Of a stretch of DNA of 64,000 bases, positions 20,145 through 29,756 are shown one piece after another. A program made the translations under genes and the position numbers. The stretch spans positions 6,111 through 70,110 of the forward strand of contig SHOI01000001.1 in NCBI GenBank assembly GCA_004294855.1. The letters run 5' to 3'. Numbering within the stretch: position 1 is the first letter of the stretch; every line of letters begins with the position of its first letter. The DNA is from Sphaerochaeta sp. (lineage in GTDB: Bacteria; Spirochaetota; Spirochaetia; Sphaerochaetales; Sphaerochaetaceae). The notes below the pieces were generated by a model. The model saw only the letters and a list, made by a program, of their open reading frames with translations. It was not told the DNA's origin and made no database searches.

Positions 20145-21263
20145 CTAGCCTATCTCGGTCTCGATGTAGTGCTTCGCTTGCTTCTTGATCTTCTTCAGTT
20201 CGAGCTTTTCCGCTTTGAGCCACTCTTTCTTTCCGATGAGGGCCACTTGTTCAACGGGCTTTCCCCTGATGAACTGGGTGATCGCGCTCTGGGCCTCATC
20301 CGTTCCGGTCGCTTTCGGATAGGAAAAGAAGCCGTGGAACCCTTTCTTCACCTCGAGGTATTTGACCGGCGTATCCGCCGAAGCGAGCGCATCGGCGTAC
20401 AGAACGCCGTCATCCCGAAGCGGATCGTACTCCGCCCCGATGATCAGGGTGGGGGGAAGACGGCTGTGGTCCTTGGCGAGCAGCGGGGAGAAGTTCGGGT
20501 CGAGGGTATCCTTCGGTTCGCGTTGGTAGTTGTGGATGTAGAACGCCATCTGTCGATCGGTCAAGGTGGGGGAGTCCTTGTACTCGGCGTAGCTGGCGGT
20601 TCGCATCCGGCCGTCGGTGATCGGATAGATCAGGACCTGGCCTCCGATCGCCGGACCTTTGCGGTCCCGCGCCAGACGGCTGACCACCGCGGCGAGGTTT
20701 CCTCCGGCACTGTCGCCGACAAGAAAGATCCGATCGGGGTCGTTCTTCCAATAGCGGCAGCCGGCGGCTGCCCAGAGAAGGGTGTTGTAGCAATCCTCAA
20801 CGGCGGTCGGAAAACGGTGCTGCGGGGCAAGGCGGTAGTCGACGGAAAGGACCGTGGCTCCGGTGATATCCGCCAAGTGGGCGCAGATGATGTTGTAGCG
20901 ATCCATGTTCCCCCACACCCAGCCGCCGCCGTGATAGTAGATGATCAGGGGCAGCAGATCGCTGATTCCCCGCGAGTCCTCTTTTTCAAAGAGGTAGCCG
21001 GTGACTTTTCCATCGTTGACGGGAATCACGAACGTCTTGGTGGTGATGTTTCGAGCCGGCTTTCCGAAGAGCCGGCGGATCAACAGGGAGGAGGGATGGG
21101 CTTTGCCGTTTAACTCGGCTATCCGATCAGGGGTCAGTTCATCGGGATCCCAAGCGGAAACCCGTTGCGCCAACTTCAGCAATCGCTTCATCCGCCGAGG
21201 CAAGTCATACTCAGTCATCAATTCATCGTAGTCTATCTCAATGGACTCTTCAAGAAGCTTCAT
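20145..21263 (-). CDS. Alpha/beta hydrolase (HSL family esterase)
   Basis: HGGGW, DYRLAP, GDSAGG, DPLRD, HGF. Confidence 0.93.
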   Translation of the reverse strand: MKLLEESIEIDYDELMTEYDLPRRMKRLLKLAQRVSAWDPDELTPDRIAELNGKAHPSSLLIRRLFGKPARNITTKTFVIPVNDGKVTGYLFEKEDSRGISDLLPLIIYYHGGGWVWGNMDRYNIICAHLADITGATVLSVDYRLAPQHRFPTAVEDCYNTLLWAAAGCRYWKNDPDRIFLVGDSAGGNLAAVVSRLARDRKGPAIGGQVLIYPITDGRMRTASYAEYKDSPTLTDRQMAFYIHNYQREPKDTLDPNFSPLLAKDHSRLPPTLIIGAEYDPLRDDGVLYADALASADTPVKYLEVKKGFHGFFSYPKATGTDEAQSAITQFIRGKPVEQVALIGKKEWLKAEKLELKKIKKQAKHYIETEIG

Positions 21264-21304
21264 CGGTTGTATTGGAAGGAAAGAGGGGAGTATACTGTTT
21301 CCAT

Positions 21305-23509
21305 ATGAGCACACATACTCGATTTGGTTATGATTTCATCAAGGAACCGTTCCTGCCCGAGGGCAAGGATGAGTACTATCTCCGCTTTGCGCAGAACGGG
21401 AAAGACCCGGGCACATACCGAAATCTGAGAAGCGATGAGATCGCAATTCTCAAGAGCAATCTGAACCACAGTCCGAACTGGGACAATCTTTTGGTCAGAG
21501 ATCCCTTTGATCCGCTGTTGATCCGAAACAGTGAGTTCTACGGCCTCGTCCGGCTCGGTACGGTATCGGTGGGTACGGTGAGTTTTCACGATTTCACCGT
21601 TCCCGTCGGCATCGTGAACTCCCGAATCGTCAGCTGTGACATCGGAGATTCCTGCTCGATCATGGAGTGCACCTACTTAAGCCATTACATCATCGACGAT
21701 GACGTTGTGCTCTATCGGATCGGGGAGATGCAGAGCACCAACCACGCGAAGTTCGGCAACGGGATTCTGAAGGAGGGGGAGGATCCCGAGGTCCTGATCA
21801 CCATCGATGTCGTCAACGAGGCGAAGGGACGGCATATCCGGCCCTTTGACGGGATGATTCCCGCCGATGCGCTCCTCTGGTCGACCTACCGGGAAGACCG
21901 GCTGCTCATGCAGCGGTTCAACGAGCTTACCGACAAGGTCCTCGATTCCAAGCGGGGCTACTACGGCTTCGTCGGCAGGAAGACCGTGATCAAATCGTGC
22001 GACACGATCAAGGATGTATGGATCGGCGAAGGGGCGTATATCAAAGGAGCGAACAAGCTGAAGAACCTGACCCTCCGATCGACCCTGGCCGAGCCGGTTC
22101 AGATCGGCGAGGGAGTCGAACTGGTCAACGGGATCATCGGCGCGGGCTCCCGGATCTTCTACGGCTCCAAAGCGATCCGCTTCGTGATGGGGGACAACTC
22201 CAACCTCAAATACGGCGCCCGCTTGATCCACTCCGTGTTGGGGGACAACTCCACGGTCAGCTGCTGCGAGATCCTCAACAGCCTGATCTTCGGTTCGCAC
22301 GAACAGCACCACAACAACTCCTTCCTCGTCGCCGCCCGGATCGAAGGACAATCCAACATGGCCGCCGGGGCGAACCTCGGGTCGAACCACAACAGCCGGA
22401 ACAACGACGGGGAGATGATCGCCCGCCGGGGGTTCTGGCCGGCGCTCTCCACCACCGTCACGTACGATTCATATTTCGCCAGCTATACCCTGATCGCCAA
22501 AGGCTCCTTTCCTCACCAGCTTTCCGTTCCTCTGCCGTTCAGCCTGATTTCCAGTGACGAGATCAGCAACCGCCGGGTGATCATGGGAGCGTACTGGTGG
22601 ATGTACAACCTCTATGCATTGGAGCGGAACACCCATAAATACCACAGCCGCGACAAGCGCAAGGCTCCAAGACAGCGCTATGAGCCCGCCTACCTTGCCC
22701 CCGATACGGCGAATGAGATCATCGAGGCGCGAGGCTTGCTTGAACTCTGGGTAGGCGAGAGCTTGGGAGACGGAAGCATCGATAAGGATTCCCTTCGAGC
22801 TCAAGGCAAGTTCTTGCTTGCCAATCAAGCCGAGTTGGTGGGGCGTTCAACGATCACCACTTATACGGTGGAGAACTCGAAGGAACCGGTGATTGTTCTC
22901 AAAGCCGTCGAATCCTACCGGGCCTATGGCGAGATGCTCCTTTTCTACGCGATGAAGACCTTGGTTGCCTATGCCGCCAACCACGATCAGGTGATTGACG
23001 ATCTTCTTGGGAAGAGAGAATCTCACCTGAGTCCTTGGGAAAACGTCGGTGGACAGCTTGTTCGGCGCGACCGGGTGGAAGCGCTCCTTCAAGACCTCAA
23101 AGAAGGATCGATCAAGTCGTGGGATGAGGTTCATCAGCGGTATTCCGAGTGGGGGGACTCCTATGAAGAGGACACCTTGTCCCATGCCCTCGGGGTGCTC
23201 TCCTTCCTCCTTGGGGAGAAGAGGCCGACCGGTGATCTGTGGAAGAGTCTCGTTGATGAAACCAAAGTTCTTGTTCAAAAGATTGAGCAGGAGATCTATC
23301 ACTCCAAGGAGAAGGATCATCTCAATCACTTCAAGTACACCACCTACCGTAATGAAGAAGAGCGCGACGCGGTCTTGGGGAATCTGAAGGATGATCTGCT
23401 GATTAAGACCGTCCATAAGGAGATGGAGACCTTCCTCGATCAGCTGGAACGCGTCTCGTTTCTGAGGAACTCCTCCAGCGCTTCCGGCGACAGGGATCTT
23501 GAGAAGTAG
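21305..23509 (+). CDS. DUF4954 family protein (beta-helix-like)
   Basis: Hexapeptide-like repeats, CCEILN, HEQHHNNSF, GSNHNSR, YNLYALERN. Confidence 0.8.
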   Translation: MSTHTRFGYDFIKEPFLPEGKDEYYLRFAQNGKDPGTYRNLRSDEIAILKSNLNHSPNWDNLLVRDPFDPLLIRNSEFYGLVRLGTVSVGTVSFHDFTVPVGIVNSRIVSCDIGDSCSIMECTYLSHYIIDDDVVLYRIGEMQSTNHAKFGNGILKEGEDPEVLITIDVVNEAKGRHIRPFDGMIPADALLWSTYREDRLLMQRFNELTDKVLDSKRGYYGFVGRKTVIKSCDTIKDVWIGEGAYIKGANKLKNLTLRSTLAEPVQIGEGVELVNGIIGAGSRIFYGSKAIRFVMGDNSNLKYGARLIHSVLGDNSTVSCCEILNSLIFGSHEQHHNNSFLVAARIEGQSNMAAGANLGSNHNSRNNDGEMIARRGFWPALSTTVTYDSYFASYTLIAKGSFPHQLSVPLPFSLISSDEISNRRVIMGAYWWMYNLYALERNTHKYHSRDKRKAPRQRYEPAYLAPDTANEIIEARGLLELWVGESLGDGSIDKDSLRAQGKFLLANQAELVGRSTITTYTVENSKEPVIVLKAVESYRAYGEMLLFYAMKTLVAYAANHDQVIDDLLGKRESHLSPWENVGGQLVRRDRVEALLQDLKEGSIKSWDEVHQRYSEWGDSYEEDTLSHALGVLSFLLGEKRPTGDLWKSLVDETKVLVQKIEQEIYHSKEKDHLNHFKYTTYRNEEERDAVLGNLKDDLLIKTVHKEMETFLDQLERVSFLRNSSSASGDRDLEK

Positions 23510-26500
23510 AACCCCTGGATCTCGTCACAGTCGACGGTTTTCAGGAAATCCGCCTGCTCCTTCCGTTCCACGCCTTCGGCCGTAACGCTTGCCCCCAAGG
23601 TTCGGGCCAGCAGGATGATGATTTCCGTCAGGGGAGCCAGGCGTTTGTCCACATCGATCGTATCGATGATCTCCTTGTCGATCTTCAACCGGTCGAACGG
23701 GACGGTTTTCAACCGGTTGAACGATGAATGTCCCTTGCCGAAATCGTCGATGGCGATGCTGACACCCAGTTCTTTCAGCTTGTATATCTTCTCAAGGGTG
23801 TCCAGCGGATTTTCCAGGAAGAAGCTTTCCGTTATCTCCAGCTCGATGTAGCCGGGCGCCACCCCGCTTTTTCTGATGACCGTGAGGAAATCCTCGAAGA
23901 AATGTTCCGCCTGAAGCTGGACGACGGACAGGTTTATCGAAATACGAAGCGGCGGAAACCCTTTTTCGATCAGCCGGTTATGCTCCAGAAGGGCTTCTTC
24001 CAGCACCCAGAGTCCCACATCATAGATCAGGCCCGTCTGTTCGAGGATGGGGATGAACCGATCCGATACCACGTGTCTGTCCCCATCGATCGTCCATCGG
24101 AGCAGCGCCTCGATTCCGACGGTTCTTCCCGTCTCGCAGCTGATCTGGGGCTGGAACTCCAGATGAAACTCATCGTTTTCCAACGATTGGAAGAGCCGAT
24201 TCGTGAAGAAGGCGTTTTCCGCGATCTGCTTTTCCAGCTGTTCGGTATAGAAGACGGCCTTCTTGTTCGTTCTTTTCGCCTGATAGCTTGCCAAATCGGC
24301 GTTCTTCAACAGATCGTGCGCATCTTTTCCATTGTCCGGGTACACGGAAATGCCGATATTAAGAGTAACGAAGAGTGCTTCTATTCCCGTCTCGGTCGAT
24401 ATGGGATGAGAAAAAGAATCAAGCAGCCGCTCCACGTACTCCTCGATCTCTTTTCTGTCCGCTGCCGCAGGCAGAACGACGACGAACACCCCCTCGCTCA
24501 ATCTGGAGAGATGGCTGTCTCCGTCCAGGAGATCTTCGAGAATGGCCGCCGACTTGATCACGATCTGTTCGCCGATGCTGTGACCGAAGGTATCCTTGAT
24601 GATCCGCAGGTTTTCAAGTTCGATATGCAGAACCGCTATGTTCTCCGATTCTTTTGTGTCATGGACGATTTGATCAAGTTTCCCTATCAGCATATTCCTG
24701 TTCGCCAGTTTTGTGGCTTCATCGAAATACGCGAAGTTGTACAGTCTTTCTTCGTAGAGGGTCTTTTTCTTCGTGTCGCCCAGGATGTTGGCGATCATTT
24801 TCAAGAAGTACAGCCGGCCTTCCCGTGAGCTCAGATTGCTCCGGTCGTAGTACTCGACGACGAGCATCCCGCCGACGTTGTTGTCGACCATGACCGGAAA
24901 GATGAAGAAGGAGCTCACCCCTCTTGATATGAAGAAATCTCTTACCTCTTTATGCTCATCGGCAGAAAGAGTCTCGGTGTTCTCACAGATGATGGGCTGT
25001 TTCTGCGCGAGCAGCGAACTGACGATCGGCATCGTGGAGGTTCTCACGGTCACTCCCGGTTGATAGGGAGATGGTTTGGCGCCATGTTTCCTAAGCATAT
25101 TGAGAATCGTCGCCTCTTCATAGTCCGGGCTGAATTCCATCAGACTCATGCAATCGAACTTCAGGATGGCCATCGACATTTCGAACATTCCGTCGATCCG
25201 TTCCCGGATATTTTCGATATCGACCGAGATGAAGTTCGAGGAGATCTTTTCAAGTATCTCCTGTTCTCTTGCGATCTTCTTATACCCCTCGATCTTTGAA
25301 GCATATTCAGTCGTGATATGCCGCACGATGAGAAAGGATAGGACGATGATGAAAATTCTTGTCGCATATTCGCTTCCGTCGATGGTGACTTGTATTTTCG
25401 GGAAAATGAACGAGAGGATTATTTGCATCGCTATCGCCAATACGGTAAACACGGCGGCGGGGATGTTGCTGTCAAGGATGACGGTGAAGAGAAGAAACAG
25501 GATGTAGATCGCCCAGATCGTCAGTGCTCCCACCTTGGCGTTCGTTGTCATGAAAAACAGCATGCCCATCGTGTTCGCTATGAGGAACATCGTGTTCTGG
25601 ACGGCGTGTTTTTTTGAGATGATCGGTATCGATCTCGTGAAGAGCCCGATCACCAAGACGAACCCGGCGAGAAGCAGCTCGTTGTTCAACTCCTTCTTCA
25701 TGCCGAAATATCCAACCAGCAGGGACAGCGCTGCTCCCACCGTGTAGATCGCCGATGCCGTTTGGAACAAACGCAGCCGGTCGATGTTCTGGCGTTCGTC
25801 GATTTCCATGGACAAGGGTATCTCCCGTTCCAGAAGAAGCCCGAGCCTCTTTGATGCGATGAACAGCGTCATCACGGGAATGATCATGAAGATGATCGTC
25901 AATTTAGGAAAAACGTTTTTTCCAAGGAGCTCAGGCAGAGTATCCGTCGCCATTCCACCGAAGAAGGGAAACAGGACCGAGAGCAGGAAATATTTCGCCT
26001 GCCGCTTCAGAGGGGTCTCGGGTTCAATGCGTCTCCACCAGCAAATGAGGACTACGATGCTTGCAATCGAAAATGCCGAGTAGTAGGCGATGAACCAGAT
26101 TGTTCCCATATTGACGGGAAGGATGTTCACCCAGCCGAAATCGGTTTGCGCCATCCGGTATTGTGTCTTCCAGAAATATCCGAAGGGCGCAAAGAGAATG
26201 ATATTGATCCAGGCGGGGATGTAGATCAGCGTCAGCATGAGCCGTCTATCCATCAGGCTTTCGGTTTTTGTCAGAATCATCACGAAGTGGAAGAGGATGC
26301 TGTAGAAAAAACCTCTCCCGAGAATCGAAAAGGAATACCAGAATGCACTTACCTCCGCCGTTGCCGCCGAGATCGAGAGGGAGTAGGAAAAAGACCAGAT
26401 CGCCATCGAGCTCACGAGGATGACGAACAGTCGGTTCACATAGCTTCTTGCACTGGCGATGATCGTATGCGCGCCGAGAATCATATAGAAACCGCCACAG

Positions 26501-26553
26501 GCATAAAAGACGATTGACAGCATGAAGCTATATTTCACGATTCCAATCTCCAA
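23440..26553 (-). CDS. Membrane sensor GGDEF(degenerate)-EAL c-di-GMP phosphodiesterase
   Basis: 7TM-like N-terminus plus extra TM block, GAF-like region, RLSEGVF, EALLRW, ELEITE, DDFGKG, KIDK, EGVE, QGF. Confidence 0.9.
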   Translation of the reverse strand: MEIGIVKYSFMLSIVFYACGGFYMILGAHTIIASARSYVNRLFVILVSSMAIWSFSYSLSISAATAEVSAFWYSFSILGRGFFYSILFHFVMILTKTESLMDRRLMLTLIYIPAWINIILFAPFGYFWKTQYRMAQTDFGWVNILPVNMGTIWFIAYYSAFSIASIVVLICWWRRIEPETPLKRQAKYFLLSVLFPFFGGMATDTLPELLGKNVFPKLTIIFMIIPVMTLFIASKRLGLLLEREIPLSMEIDERQNIDRLRLFQTASAIYTVGAALSLLVGYFGMKKELNNELLLAGFVLVIGLFTRSIPIISKKHAVQNTMFLIANTMGMLFFMTTNAKVGALTIWAIYILFLLFTVILDSNIPAAVFTVLAIAMQIILSFIFPKIQVTIDGSEYATRIFIIVLSFLIVRHITTEYASKIEGYKKIAREQEILEKISSNFISVDIENIRERIDGMFEMSMAILKFDCMSLMEFSPDYEEATILNMLRKHGAKPSPYQPGVTVRTSTMPIVSSLLAQKQPIICENTETLSADEHKEVRDFFISRGVSSFFIFPVMVDNNVGGMLVVEYYDRSNLSSREGRLYFLKMIANILGDTKKKTLYEERLYNFAYFDEATKLANRNMLIGKLDQIVHDTKESENIAVLHIELENLRIIKDTFGHSIGEQIVIKSAAILEDLLDGDSHLSRLSEGVFVVVLPAAADRKEIEEYVERLLDSFSHPISTETGIEALFVTLNIGISVYPDNGKDAHDLLKNADLASYQAKRTNKKAVFYTEQLEKQIAENAFFTNRLFQSLENDEFHLEFQPQISCETGRTVGIEALLRWTIDGDRHVVSDRFIPILEQTGLIYDVGLWVLEEALLEHNRLIEKGFPPLRISINLSVVQLQAEHFFEDFLTVIRKSGVAPGYIELEITESFFLENPLDTLEKIYKLKELGVSIAIDDFGKGHSSFNRLKTVPFDRLKIDKEIIDTIDVDKRLAPLTEIIILLARTLGASVTAEGVERKEQADFLKTVDCDEIQGFYFSRSLSPEALEEFLRNETRSS

Positions 26554-26608
26554 AGCGACGCTTTACGGTTCAAGACAGTGCGCGTCCTTTCCGTTGTTTC
26601 TCATGATG

Positions 26609-26626
26609 GTGATGACATGTCATCAC
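26609..26626. promoter_or_regulatory. Perfect 18-bp palindrome upstream of the EAL gene
   Basis: GTGATGACATGTCATCAC. Confidence 0.5.
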
Positions 26627-26769
26627 AAAAACCACGTTCATTCTATCATACAATTGGCGATCTGATGATTCCTTTTGTAAAAAAAGCCGCTGATATGTCA
26701 GATGTGGAATAAATCATAGGTCGATCAGTATGGGCCTCACCCGATGAAAAAGGAGCCCTTCCCGCCATA

Positions 26770-27144
26770 TCAGTCTTTCATTCGTCCGATGGCGATCAAT
26801 AAAGCAGTCGTACCCATGACAAGAGCGACGCCGACCACGATCCAGTTGCCGATATCGGGAAGAAGACCCGGAAAGACCCGGTTGATGAACCAGAATGCGG
26901 AAACAAGAGGGAGCGTCCAAATCGACAGCAATTCAAATCTTACACTCTTCCTTTCAACGTTTTTTCTGCCTTTCCATACCAAATATGTCATGAACACCGT
27001 GAACGCGATGACGGCAAGATGAGCATAGGAAATCGTTGAATCCTCCGGCCTGAAAACGAAGGCCATGAGCAGATTCAAAAGAATGGTTATTCCGGAGGCG
27101 ATGCAGTATGCAACAACATCCTTCTTCTTCAACATTCGGTCCAC
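26770..27144 (-). CDS. Hypothetical 4-TM membrane protein
   Basis: Four hydrophobic segments; co-oriented 42 bp downstream of the ATPase gene. Confidence 0.6.
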   Translation of the reverse strand: MDRMLKKKDVVAYCIASGITILLNLLMAFVFRPEDSTISYAHLAVIAFTVFMTYLVWKGRKNVERKSVRFELLSIWTLPLVSAFWFINRVFPGLLPDIGNWIVVGVALVMGTTALLIAIGRMKD

Positions 27145-27186
27145 CCCCCCCGGTAAAGATTCGTCACGATATCCGCTTCAAGGATC

Positions 27187-28440
27187 TTATCGTTCAAGAC
27201 TATCCTCGTCCAAGAGAAAATCAAAGATGCTCATCACCAATATGCCATCTTCATTATACAGCGGAGCCGGTGCATCTTTGGTGATGATGACCTTTTTGAA
27301 CGCATCCGGGACCATGAGCAGGGAACGCTGCTCCCGTTCTCTTTTCGACTCGTCCGACAGGCGAAGGGCGGATTGGACATAATATCTCTTGGAGGCCTTG
27401 TTGCACACAAAATCGATCTCCAGTTGCTTGCGAATGCTTTTGCCGCTCTTGTTGATCTCGTTCGAAGTCACGACACCGACATCGACATTATATCCTCGCA
27501 CCTTCAGCTCGTTGAAGATGATGTTTTCCATCGCATGCGTTTCTTCCACCTGTCTGAAGTTCAGTCGCGCATTTCTCAGCCCAAGATCCGTAAAGTAGTA
27601 CTTCAAGGGGGTGTTGATGTACTTTTTTCCCTTGACATCGTACCTGAACGCACTGTCGATCAAAAACGAGTCTTCGAAATACTCGATATAGGTTCTTATC
27701 GTGTTCGGACTGATCGTCTTGTTCTTTACGCTCTTGAAGGTCAGCGAAAGCTTGTTCGGATTCGTCAACGAACCGATTGCGGACGAGATGATGTTCAAAA
27801 GTTCCGCCAATTCGGACTTGTTTCTGACATGATGTCTGCCGACGATATCGGATATATAGGTCTCCTCAAACAGATTCCTGAGGAAATCCGCTTTCTGGTC
27901 GGATGTCGCAAACTGCAGAACCAGAGGAATCCCGCCATACAGCACATATTCCTTCCAACCCGAATCCCTGTCTCCCGGATAGACGCTCATAAATTCGGCA
28001 AACGTGAGCGGGTGCATGTGGACTTCGTCGCCGCGCCCGCGGAACTCGGTGATGATGTCTTTGGAGAGAAACCTGGCATTGCTGCCCGTAACATACACAT
28101 CCACATTCTGCATTCGGGCCAGACTGTTGAGGACTGCTTCAAACTCGCCCAACAGCTGCACCTCGTCCAAAAGCACATAATGCATCCCTTCATCGTTAAT
28201 TCGGCTTTTCAGATAGGGAAAGAACAGCTTCGGATCCCTATATGCCGTATTCTCATATGCATCAAACGCCATTTCGATGACATGGTCATCCGGAACTTTC
28301 GCTGATACGAGATGATCACGAAACAGCTTGAAGAGCAGATAAGATTTCCCGCATCTTCGGATTCCGGTGATCACCTTGATCAGTCTATTGTGTTTCTTTG
28401 ATATCAGGGTCTCAAGATATCTGTCTCGGCGAATCTCCAT
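27187..28440 (-). CDS. AAA_14 / DUF4143 ATP-binding protein (copy 1)
   Basis: GIRRCGKS, LLDEVQ, TGSN, PLTFAEF, YGGIP, KYYFTDLG, EIDFV...YVQS. Confidence 0.92.
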   Translation of the reverse strand: MEIRRDRYLETLISKKHNRLIKVITGIRRCGKSYLLFKLFRDHLVSAKVPDDHVIEMAFDAYENTAYRDPKLFFPYLKSRINDEGMHYVLLDEVQLLGEFEAVLNSLARMQNVDVYVTGSNARFLSKDIITEFRGRGDEVHMHPLTFAEFMSVYPGDRDSGWKEYVLYGGIPLVLQFATSDQKADFLRNLFEETYISDIVGRHHVRNKSELAELLNIISSAIGSLTNPNKLSLTFKSVKNKTISPNTIRTYIEYFEDSFLIDSAFRYDVKGKKYINTPLKYYFTDLGLRNARLNFRQVEETHAMENIIFNELKVRGYNVDVGVVTSNEINKSGKSIRKQLEIDFVCNKASKRYYVQSALRLSDESKREREQRSLLMVPDAFKKVIITKDAPAPLYNEDGILVMSIFDFLLDEDSLER

Positions 28441-28459
28441 ACCGGTTCTCCTATTTCAG

Positions 28460-28572
28460 ATTTTTGCAGAATTCCGCATTTTTCTTCACTTGAATAATAC
28501 ATCATCTCTCCTCCCGCTTCAAGACTAATGAATATTTTTGCGGAATTCCGCATTTTTCTTCACTGGCATAAT
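28460..28572 (-). promoter_or_regulatory. Promoter bracketed by two 39-bp direct repeats with TGCGGAATTCCGCA cores
   Basis: Repeats 28460-28498 and 28534-28572 (3 mismatches); TTGAAG-17-TATTAT on the - strand at 28494-28522. Confidence 0.75.
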
Positions 28573-28609
28573 TCGGTTTTTCATTTCGATGAGATCACGG
28601 CTTCCGAAG

Positions 28610-28649
28610 AAAAGAAAAAGGACACCACATCGATCAATATGTGATGTCC
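28610..28649 (-). terminator. Intrinsic terminator of tRNA-Ala
   Basis: Stem GGACATCACAT/ATGTGGTGTCC followed by a U-rich tract on the - strand. Confidence 0.75.
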
Positions 28650-28656
28650 CGTCTGT

Positions 28657-28729
28657 TGGAGCCAATGGGACTCGAACCCACCACCTGCTGATTGCGAACC
28701 AGCCGCTCTACCAGATGAGCTATAGCCCC
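28657..28729 (-). tRNA. tRNA-Ala(CGC)
   Basis: GGGGCTATAGCTCATCTGGTAGAGCG...TTCGCAA...GGTTCGAGTCCC...TGGCTCCA; G3:U70; CCA not encoded. Confidence 0.97.
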
Positions 28730-28742
28730 TCGTGCAAGAGTC

Positions 28743-28771
28743 AAAATATATCACTGATGAAAAACTGTCAA
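28743..28771 (-). promoter_or_regulatory. tRNA promoter
   Basis: TTGACA-17nt-TATTTT. Confidence 0.65.
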
Positions 28772-28832
28772 CTCTCCTGCTTACAGAGGGGCTCATCTGT
28801 GATAGAGTTAGGCAAAGGTGGAGGAATCTGTT

Positions 28833-29750
28833 ATGCATGAAGAATATCGGGATGACATCTTGTCTTCGGTGATGAATACGATCGCCGATCCTATCTTGGT
28901 TGTCGATGAGGAGGGACGATATCTTGAAGTTTTCGGCGGAACCGATCGCTCCCTCTACGATGACGGGCGGCCGCTGAAGGGAAAGATGGTTTCAGAGATA
29001 CTGACCAAGGAGTTCGGTCAGTTCTTCGTGAATCAGGTCAAACACACGATCGCCACGGGTACGCTGAATGTGTTCGACTATCGGCTCGACACCCAGACGG
29101 TGAATCTGCCGATCTTTGACGGACCGGGAGGAACCCAGTGGTTCGAGGCGCGGATGTACCCGCTTGAGCAGCCGATCGAAGGAAAACGGGCGGTTGTCGC
29201 GATGATCATCAATATCTCCGAGCGACGGGCGCTTCATCGAAGACTCCATGAGCTCTCCTATAAAGATTCCTTGACGAGTCTGTACAATCGGCGGTATTTC
29301 CTTGAGCGGGTGAACGTCCATCTCATGGAAAAGAATCAGATCCATCTGATGTTCTGCGATATCGACCACTTCAAGGCGATCAATGACCGGTACGGTCACC
29401 TCGCCGGTGATGAAGTGATTCGGGAGTTTGCCGTCATTCTTCAATCCATTCTCGGCGATACGGTTACGATCTGCCGTCTTGGAGGTGATGAATTCATCGC
29501 CGCCTTGGTGAACTCCACGGAAAAGCAAGCCCTTGAGCTCGCCGAAAGAGTGCGCAGAGCAGTGGAAGATCATTGCTTCATCTATCAGGATGCACCGATC
29601 CGATTCACCGTCTCGATCGGGGTTGCGCCCGTGGATGATGACAGCCTTGACGGCGCCACGCTCATCGGGCATGCGGACAAGGCGCTCTATGCGGCGAAGG
29701 AGGCGGGTCGCAACTGCGTCCGGCTCTACAACAACCCGCCCAAAGGATAA
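28833..29750 (+). CDS. PAS-GGDEF diguanylate cyclase
   Basis: DSLTSLYNRR, DIDHFKAINDRYGH, RLGGDEF, ADKALY. Confidence 0.93.
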   Translation: MHEEYRDDILSSVMNTIADPILVVDEEGRYLEVFGGTDRSLYDDGRPLKGKMVSEILTKEFGQFFVNQVKHTIATGTLNVFDYRLDTQTVNLPIFDGPGGTQWFEARMYPLEQPIEGKRAVVAMIINISERRALHRRLHELSYKDSLTSLYNRRYFLERVNVHLMEKNQIHLMFCDIDHFKAINDRYGHLAGDEVIREFAVILQSILGDTVTICRLGGDEFIAALVNSTEKQALELAERVRRAVEDHCFIYQDAPIRFTVSIGVAPVDDDSLDGATLIGHADKALYAAKEAGRNCVRLYNNPPKG

Positions 29751-29756
29751 CGGAAG

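Noticed and set aside
28460-28572. Two 39-bp repeats with a 35-bp gap as a mini-CRISPR
   Set aside because: Only two units, no cas genes, and the gap holds a sigma70 promoter; better explained as operators
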